A DNA stretch of 7,595 bases. Origin: an uncultured Gammaproteobacteria bacterium (GTDB lineage Bacteria > Patescibacteriota > Microgenomatia > Daviesbacterales > UBA10151). Position 1 is the first letter of the stretch; each line of letters starts with the position of its first letter. Shown here in pieces: positions 3,406 to 7,595 of this stretch. The notes beneath the pieces are model-generated. The model did not search any database, was not told the DNA's origin, and saw only the letters and a program-made list of their open reading frames with translations. The stretch lies in NCBI GenBank assembly GCA_964522265.1, contig CAZFVS010000052.1:1-7595 (forward strand), written 5' to 3'. Position numbers and translations under genes: made by a program.

Positions 3406-5448
3406 ATGCTCAATTTACTTGATGACCTAAACCCTATCCAGCAAAAAGCAGTTCAGGCTGCAGAGGGTCCAACCCTGATTTTAGCAGGTGCAGGCTCTGG
3501 AAAAACCAGGGTTTTGACCTACAAAGTGGCTTTTCTAATATCTGAGAAAAAAATCCAACCTGAGAATATTTTAGTTCAAACTTTTACCAATAAAGCCAGC
3601 GGTGAAATGAAAGAACGGATACGTAAACTTCTGACATCTGATATCCGACATCAGACATCCGAGCCTATGATGGGCACTTTCCATTCAATCTGCGCAAAGA
3701 TTCTCCGCCGTGAAGGCCATAACATCGGCCTAACTATTTCATTCTCGATTTATGACGAAAACGATGCTATGGATGCTATCAAAATTGCCATGGGCAATTT
3801 AAATCTTGCTACCAAACAGGTAAACCCGGGTGCAGTCAGACATACAATTTCCAGTGCCAAAAATGAACTGATCTCCGAATTAGAATATCCTCAATATGCC
3901 AGCGGGTTTTTCCAAGAAACAGTGGCGAAAATTTACCTGGAATACCAAAAAATCCTGCGGGAAAATCAGGCCCTGGATTTTGATGATCTTTTAATGAAAA
4001 CCATCCAGCTTTTCCAGACAGCCCCAGAAATCCTCGCCCGCTATCAAAACCAGTTTAAATATATCCTGGTAGATGAATACCAGGATACCAATGCTGCCCA
4101 ATATCAATTAATCAAATTATTGGCAAAAAGATACCGTAATATTTGTGTGGTAGGTGATGCTTCTCAGGCAATTTATGGCTTCAGAGGCGCTGATTTTAGA
4201 AATATTGTCAATTTCCAAAATGATTATCCTGAGGCAAAAGTTTTTAATCTTGAACAAAATTACCGTTCAACCCAGATTATTTTGGATGCAGCGCAAGCTG
4301 TAATTTCTCAAAATAAACTTCACCCGATTTTAAAGCTTTGGACAGAAAAAAAAGAGGGTCCAAAGATTGCTATTTATCAGGCTAAATCTGAGGTGGATGA
4401 GGCAATGTTTATTTTAAATGAAATAAGAGGTTTTGTTTTGCGGGGTGACGCCGAAGAGGGATCCCGAGCGTCGACCGCAGGAGGTTTGTTAACCTCCGAG
4501 GACGCACTCGGGACACTGAGGCGGCAGGACCCCAAAAAACATATCTTAAAACTTTCTGATTTTGCAATTCTTTACAGAACCAATGCCCAATCCCGAGTAA
4601 TCGAGGAGATCTTTTTAAAAGCAGGCCTTCCATACAGGCTAGTAGGAGGCGTCCAGTTTTATGAGCGAAAAGAGATTAAAGATGTTTTGGCTTATCTTAG
4701 ATTAGTAGCAAACCCTACGGATTCTGTTGCCAAAAAAAGAATAGAAAAAATTGGCAAAGGCCGCGCTCAAAAGTTTTATGAATTAATAGACGTCATTGCG
4801 AGCGGAGCGAAGCAATCTCAAAAAAACGAGATTGCCACGTCCTCCGATGGACATCGGAGTCCTCGCAATGACGGATACCACACTTTACAACTCATGGACT
4901 TAATCCTAGAAAAAACAGGCTATTTAGAATATCTTGATGACGGGACAGAACAGGGCAAGTCCAGAATTGAAAATGTTAAAGAGCTCCGTTCTGTAGCAGA
5001 ACAGTTCCCCAATTTAGTACAGTTTTTAGAAAATGTAGCTTTAGTCCAGGATAATTACCATCCAGATCAGACATCAGATATCAGACATCAGATATCAGAT
5101 TCAGTAACTTTAATGACCTTACATGCCTCCAAAGGTTTGGAATTTCCAACAGTTTTTATTGTTGGCATGGAAGAAGGATTATTCCCCCATTCCCGTTCCA
5201 TGTTAAATCCCGAGGAGATGGAGGAAGAGAGAAGACTGGCTTATGTGGGAATTACCAGGGCAAAAAGTAGACTTTTCCTAACTTATACCAGAACCCGTCT
5301 TTATTTTGGTACCAGAAGTAATAATTTAGTTTCCCGTTTTTTAGCAAACATCCCTGAACATTTAATAGATCAAAAATTTTCTTCAAAACTGATTGATGAT
5401 TTCCGGGATGATGTTTCTACCCTTGACGAAGATGACTGGCTAAATTAA
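3406..5448 (+). CDS. pcrA: ATP-dependent DNA helicase, PcrA/UvrD (superfamily 1A)
   Basis: Motifs in order: Q motif LNPIQQKAV, I AGAGSGKT, Ia TFTNKASGEM, TFHS, II VDEYQDTN, III VGDASQAIYGFRGA, IV ILYRTNAQSR, GGVQFYERKEIKD, V LMTLHASKGLEF, VI RRLAYVGITRAK. The ORF track begins at TTG 3379. I prefer ATG 3406 (MLNLLDDLNPIQ), which matches the usual N-terminus of this family. Confidence 0.9.
   Translation: MLNLLDDLNPIQQKAVQAAEGPTLILAGAGSGKTRVLTYKVAFLISEKKIQPENILVQTFTNKASGEMKERIRKLLTSDIRHQTSEPMMGTFHSICAKILRREGHNIGLTISFSIYDENDAMDAIKIAMGNLNLATKQVNPGAVRHTISSAKNELISELEYPQYASGFFQETVAKIYLEYQKILRENQALDFDDLLMKTIQLFQTAPEILARYQNQFKYILVDEYQDTNAAQYQLIKLLAKRYRNICVVGDASQAIYGFRGADFRNIVNFQNDYPEAKVFNLEQNYRSTQIILDAAQAVISQNKLHPILKLWTEKKEGPKIAIYQAKSEVDEAMFILNEIRGFVLRGDAEEGSRASTAGGLLTSEDALGTLRRQDPKKHILKLSDFAILYRTNAQSRVIEEIFLKAGLPYRLVGGVQFYERKEIKDVLAYLRLVANPTDSVAKKRIEKIGKGRAQKFYELIDVIASGAKQSQKNEIATSSDGHRSPRNDGYHTLQLMDLILEKTGYLEYLDDGTEQGKSRIENVKELRSVAEQFPNLVQFLENVALVQDNYHPDQTSDIRHQISDSVTLMTLHASKGLEFPTVFIVGMEEGLFPHSRSMLNPEEMEEERRLAYVGITRAKSRLFLTYTRTRLYFGTRSNNLVSRFLANIPEHLIDQKFSSKLIDDFRDDVSTLDEDDWLN
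3629..3663 (+). repeat. Degenerate heptamer tract (TTCTGAC ATCTGAT ATCCGAC ATCAGAC ATCCGAG) inside the helicase CDS
   Basis: Five 7-nt units fit ATCNGAN. The unit ATCTGAT is the reverse complement of ATCAGAT, which gives a TCTGAT/ATCAGA stem (3637-3642 with 3650-3655). The tract encodes TSDIRHQTS. Confidence 0.6.
4441..4533 (+). repeat. 93-nt GC-rich imperfect palindrome, in frame (31 codons), inside the helicase CDS
   Basis: My count is about 63/93 G+C, against about 19/60 in the preceding 60 nt. The central stem is GGAGGTT (4480-4486) with AACCTCC (4491-4497). Outer pairings are CCCGAGCGTC (4463-4472) with GACG-ca-CTCGGG (4501-4512), GCCG (4450-4453) with CGGC (4522-4525), and GGGGT (4442-4446) with ACCCC (4529-4533). 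Confidence 0.75.
4792..4872 (+). repeat. 81-nt palindromic element with three stems, in frame (27 codons), inside the helicase CDS
   Basis: The closing stem is GTCATTGCGAG (4792-4802) with CTCGCAATGAC (4862-4872), perfect over 11 bp and 12 bp if C4791/G4873 are included. Inner hairpin 1 is GCAATCTC (4812-4819) with GAGATTGC (4828-4835). Inner hairpin 2 is CTCCGAT (4842-4848) with ATCGGAG (4853-4859). Confidence 0.8.
5066..5104 (+). repeat. Tandem heptamer array ATCAGAY x5.5 inside the helicase CDS
   Basis: ATCAGAC ATCAGAT ATCAGAC ATCAGAT ATCAGAT TCAG, preceded by the degenerate unit ATCCAG (5060-5065). It encodes QTSDIRHQISDS. Confidence 0.8.
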
Positions 5449-5466
5449 TATTATCCCAAAAGACAA

Positions 5467-6168
5467 ATGGATCAGATCATAGGGGCCGTACTTGTTTTTA
5501 TCTCCTCTATAACCCATCAAAATGTTTTAGGAGTTTCCATCCAGGACGCAAAACCACAGTTGAGTGAAATTCTGGAGGTCTCCCAACCGATTAAAACAGA
5601 ATCCCGGTTTGAAGAAAAACTCTCCACCCAATCTGCCATTATTTCCAAAAAAACTGTTTATAAGGATAATTCAGAAATAGAGGCTGGAATAGAAACAGTT
5701 TTAGAGGAAGGGGAAGATGGCAAAAAAATCATTACCTACAAAATAACCTACTACTATGCAAACACCTCGGATAAAGAAGAATATTCCCGTGAGCTTATCT
5801 CCACCCAAACTATTGATCCTCAAGACAAAATCATCTCCCGCGGCACTAAAATTGTTTGGAGAACCCTTCAGACCCCTGATGGAGAGATCCGTTACTGGAA
5901 AAAAATGCGGGTTTATGCCACCCATTACGATTCGAGATGCCCAGGTTGCAATGACTGGACAGCGATCGGTATGCGCGCAGGTAAAGGTGTAATCGCTGTT
6001 GACCCTAAAGTTATAAAAATGAGAAGCCAGGTTTATATCCCCGGTTATGGCAAGGCTGTTGCCGGAGACACCGGAGGGGCAATCAAAGGAAATATCATAG
6101 ACCTAGGCTTCGACGACGCCCGCACCGCCGGTTGGCAAGCACACTTCGTCGATATCTATTTATTATAA
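5467..6168 (+). CDS. G5-domain plus 3D-domain cell-wall protein (YabE/YuiC/RpfB-C-terminal-like putative lytic transglycosylase)
   Basis: 233 aa with a short hydrophobic N-terminus. A G5-like segment reads KKTVYKDNSEIEAGIETVLEEGEDGKKIITYKITYY...IISRGTK. The 3D domain follows: ATHYD...WTAIGMRAGKGVIAVDPKVI...VYIPGYGKAVAGDTGGAIKGNIIDLGF. It starts 18 nt after the helicase stop. Confidence 0.8.
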   Translation: MDQIIGAVLVFISSITHQNVLGVSIQDAKPQLSEILEVSQPIKTESRFEEKLSTQSAIISKKTVYKDNSEIEAGIETVLEEGEDGKKIITYKITYYYANTSDKEEYSRELISTQTIDPQDKIISRGTKIVWRTLQTPDGEIRYWKKMRVYATHYDSRCPGCNDWTAIGMRAGKGVIAVDPKVIKMRSQVYIPGYGKAVAGDTGGAIKGNIIDLGFDDARTAGWQAHFVDIYLL

Positions 6169-6186
6169 TTTCTTTGCTTGCCAATC
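6130..6186. other. Inverted repeat spanning the stop codon of the 3D-domain gene, in the convergent gene junction
   Basis: TTGGCAAGC (6132-6140) is the reverse complement of GCTTGCCAA (6176-6184), extendable by G-U and G-C pairs. The loop is about 35 nt and no U-tract follows on either strand, so a terminator role is doubtful. Confidence 0.3.
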
Positions 6187-6201
6187 CTGAGCTTGTCGAA
6201 G

Positions 6202-6226
6202 GGCTGGTCAGCACAATACATTGATA
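6202..6226. repeat. Copy A of a 25-nt direct repeat (GGCTGGTCAGCACAATACATTGATA)
   Basis: 22/25 identical, in the same orientation, to 7519-7543. It lies just 3' of the last gene of the minus-strand block and follows the GC-rich motif CCTGAGCTTGTCGAAGGG (6186-6203). Confidence 0.7.
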
Positions 6227-6231
6227 TTTAT

Positions 6232-6957
6232 CTACTTTAAGAATTTAAAACTGCCAAGTATTTGTTTTGGATCAAGCGGATTTGGGTTCTTCTTGTAGTC
6301 CCCGTTTACATCCTCAATCTCACAAGATACACTGTCAATTTCTACAACATACGAAGACGAACTATGCGGAATAATTATAAAGTCATCAACACATAAACCA
6401 TCACCACTGCGGTATAAGTAAGCCTCCAGAGGAGACTCCATTCTTTTAACAACATTCGGCGCAGGTTCTCCATTTCCATCAATCACCCACCTTTTATTTC
6501 TTGTATCAAATCTGTAAATTGCTCCTGCTGGTTGATCTATAAGTTTATATTGACCCAAACTATCTTTAAAAACATTGACGGTTAAGAAATTTATTTCCTC
6601 TATTTTAAAACTTACAACTTCAATCTTTTTTTCTTCTCCGGTTGGTCGTAATTCTATACTTTTGTAACTTCCTGGATACTTTAACTCAAAACCATACTCT
6701 TCGTTCTTATAACTTTTCCAATTTCCCCCGATTGAATCGGGGTTTGCAGTTTCATTAGAAGGGGTTTGGGATGGTTGGGGTTTTGGGGATTGGGTCACTA
6801 CATTTTTAGTAGGATTTTTAACTTGAGTAAAATAATAAATTCCCCCACTCAAAGCAATTAAAACTACCAACCCCATAAGCATCAAAATTAGGGCAGCACC
6901 TTTTTGTTTACACTGAGCGGACTTGTGGTGAGCGGAGTCGAACCAGTCGAAGTGCAT
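6232..6957 (-). CDS. Membrane-anchored hypothetical protein (N-terminal TM helix, Pro/Ser/Thr/Gln linker, beta-rich extracytoplasmic domain)
   Basis: 241 aa. It has KQKG followed by the hydrophobic stretch AALILMLMGLVVLIALSGGIYYF, then the linker QSPKPQPSQTPSNETANP. Next comes NWKSYKNEEYGFELKYPGSY, a motif I recall as common at the start of secreted or anchored hypothetical proteins in CPR-type genomes. The first ~15 codons lie in repeat-like DNA, so the start is uncertain. Confidence 0.7.
   Translation of the reverse strand: MHFDWFDSAHHKSAQCKQKGAALILMLMGLVVLIALSGGIYYFTQVKNPTKNVVTQSPKPQPSQTPSNETANPDSIGGNWKSYKNEEYGFELKYPGSYKSIELRPTGEEKKIEVVSFKIEEINFLTVNVFKDSLGQYKLIDQPAGAIYRFDTRNKRWVIDGNGEPAPNVVKRMESPLEAYLYRSGDGLCVDDFIIIPHSSSSYVVEIDSVSCEIEDVNGDYKKNPNPLDPKQILGSFKFLK
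6911..6957. repeat. GC-rich repeat-like segment with internal direct repeats, forming the 5' end of the membrane-protein ORF
   Basis: TGAGCGGACTTG (6914-6925) and TGAGCGGAGTCG (6929-6940) are near-identical direct repeats. GTCGAA occurs twice (6937-6942 and 6945-6950). GTCGAAG-n-GC is shared with 6196-6204. Confidence 0.5.
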
Positions 6958-6985
6958 AAATTAATCATAGCAGATATTGGAAAAA

Positions 6986-7240
6986 CTATTTAATCTTGTG
7001 CGGGATAGAAACAGAAGATTGATCTGGCCAGTTTGATTTTTGGCCTTTTTTAATAAAAGATTTATCTTTAAATAACCTGCTGGCAAATAGAATTTCTATA
7101 TAAACAGGCTCCCTTTTTTTTGTATAATGGGTAATTACCCCATTCTCATCCTCAGCATAATCATAAAGCTTTTTAGAAAGCCATATGTTAAGTACATCAT
7201 CTTCAGGTTCATAGATAATTTTTAAGCTATTTTTTTTCAT
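6986..7240 (-). CDS. DUF2283-family protein (putative antitoxin partner)
   Basis: 84 aa. KIIYEPEDDVLNIWLSKK...ENGVITHYTKKREPVYIEILFAS fits the DUF2283 pattern (YD.e.D.l.i.l ... G.ivgiEil.aS). An AAGGA ribosome-binding site (plus coords 7245-7249) sits 4 nt upstream of the ATG. It overlaps the upstream gene by 14 nt. Confidence 0.7.
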   Translation of the reverse strand: MKKNSLKIIYEPEDDVLNIWLSKKLYDYAEDENGVITHYTKKREPVYIEILFASRLFKDKSFIKKGQKSNWPDQSSVSIPHKIK

Positions 7241-7517
7241 AACGTCCTTTTTCTGCGGGATGGAAAGTAATTACAACTATTATACCATTAACTGTCTTGT
7301 AAATTACTCTCAAAATATGCTTTGCATCAATTTCCTTAATTACTTCAATAACTTCTTGTTCTTTATCTTCAGATAAATAATCTGGATCACCGATTACTTC
7401 CTCCACCACTGTTTTTTTTATTTTCATTTTTATTACAGAGGGGTGTTTAAACTTTTTTAATGCATGTTTTGTATAAACAATTTTCACCGCTGGATTGTAC
7501 CATAAAGTCCGCACCAC
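7227..7517 (-). CDS. DUF4258-family protein (putative toxin partner)
   Basis: The IVYTKHALKKF opening and the ...ILRVIYKTVNGIIVVITFHPAEK ending fit DUF4258 as I remember it. The gene is paired with, and overlaps, a DUF2283 gene, which is a common arrangement. The start is uncertain: either GTG at 7517 (track) or GTG at 7487, which would give VKIVYTKHA. Confidence 0.65.
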   Translation of the reverse strand: MVRTLWYNPAVKIVYTKHALKKFKHPSVIKMKIKKTVVEEVIGDPDYLSEDKEQEVIEVIKEIDAKHILRVIYKTVNGIIVVITFHPAEKGRYEKK

Positions 7518-7518
7518 C

Positions 7519-7543
7519 GGCTGGTCAGCACATTATATTGACA
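7519..7543. repeat. Copy B of the 25-nt direct repeat (GGCTGGTCAGCACATTATATTGACA)
   Basis: 22/25 identical to 6202-6226. It lies immediately 5' of the DUF4258 ORF. On the minus strand it contains a perfect TATAAT (plus coords 7532-7537) 14 nt upstream of the GTG at 7517, but no convincing -35. Confidence 0.7.
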
Positions 7544-7595
7544 GGGCCGTTGCATTCTCCATTTGACAAAAGACTTCCACCTCAAGCACGATTAA

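Noticed and set aside
4409-4633. 74-aa minus-strand ORF inside the helicase gene
   Set aside because: It is antisense to a strongly supported CDS. It stays open mainly because it crosses the stop-poor 93-nt GC-rich palindrome.
4792-4872. Possible hammerhead or other small self-cleaving ribozyme, because of the three-way-junction shape
   Set aside because: The junction strands are CGGAGCGAA / CACGTC / TC on the plus strand and GA / GACGTG / TTCGCTCCG on the minus strand. Neither contains the CUGANGA and GAA hammerhead core, and I recognise no other ribozyme core. It is also too small for a group I or group II intron.
5066-5104. CRISPR-like array
   Set aside because: The units are 7 nt and directly abutting, with no spacers. 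This is a simple tandem repeat inside a CDS.
5701-5992. ORFs 5701-5925 (-) and 5756-5992 (+) overlapping the G5/3D gene
   Set aside because: These are alternative-frame or antisense ORFs within a CDS that shows clear G5 and 3D domain motifs. They have no features of their own.
6169-6231. Integron attC site or cassette boundary downstream of the membrane-protein gene
   Set aside because: I found no RYYYAAC / GTTRRRY core sites and no attC-type extended imperfect palindrome on either strand. No integrase is present in the window.
7503-7512. The 10-mer TAAAGTCCGC is shared with the IS right-end hairpin (2597-2606), and its 8-mer core also occurs inverted at 6917-6924. This could be a solo IS end or a REP-like relative of the TnpA substrate.
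   Set aside because: Only half of the hairpin is present at 7503-7512 and at 6917-6924, with no complementary arm nearby. With about eleven 10-mers tested over both strands, a chance match is not negligible. It is worth a genome-wide count but is not supportable from this window.

Overview
Low-GC (roughly 35-40%) bacterial window. The gene content and style look like an uncultivated small-genome lineage (CPR/Patescibacteria-like); that placement is inference only. On the minus strand, 105-3310 reads as one co-oriented block: a possible 52-aa ORF, a thioredoxin paralogue interrupted by a tnpA-only IS200/IS605 element, glutamine synthetase, an intact short thioredoxin, and an alkyltransferase-like (ATL) protein. 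On the plus strand lie a PcrA/UvrD superfamily-1 helicase and a G5+3D cell-wall protein. The right end carries a minus-strand block: a DUF4258/DUF2283 toxin-antitoxin-like pair and a membrane-anchored hypothetical protein. I found no recognisable multi-gene defence or secretion system. The unusual content is repeat DNA in three places. (1) The helicase gene carries four repeat-derived, stop-free segments: a 93-nt GC-rich palindrome, an 81-nt three-stem palindromic element and two ATCAGAY heptamer tracts. The two palindromes fall exactly on codon boundaries, and all helicase motifs stay intact, which recalls Rickettsia palindromic elements. (2) The IS insertion splits the second thioredoxin just before its CGPC site, and both halves are still readable. 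(3) A 25-nt direct repeat brackets the 1.3-kb TA plus membrane-protein block, and a related GC-rich repeat appears to supply that membrane protein's start codon. All family assignments come from motif recognition by eye; no searches were run.
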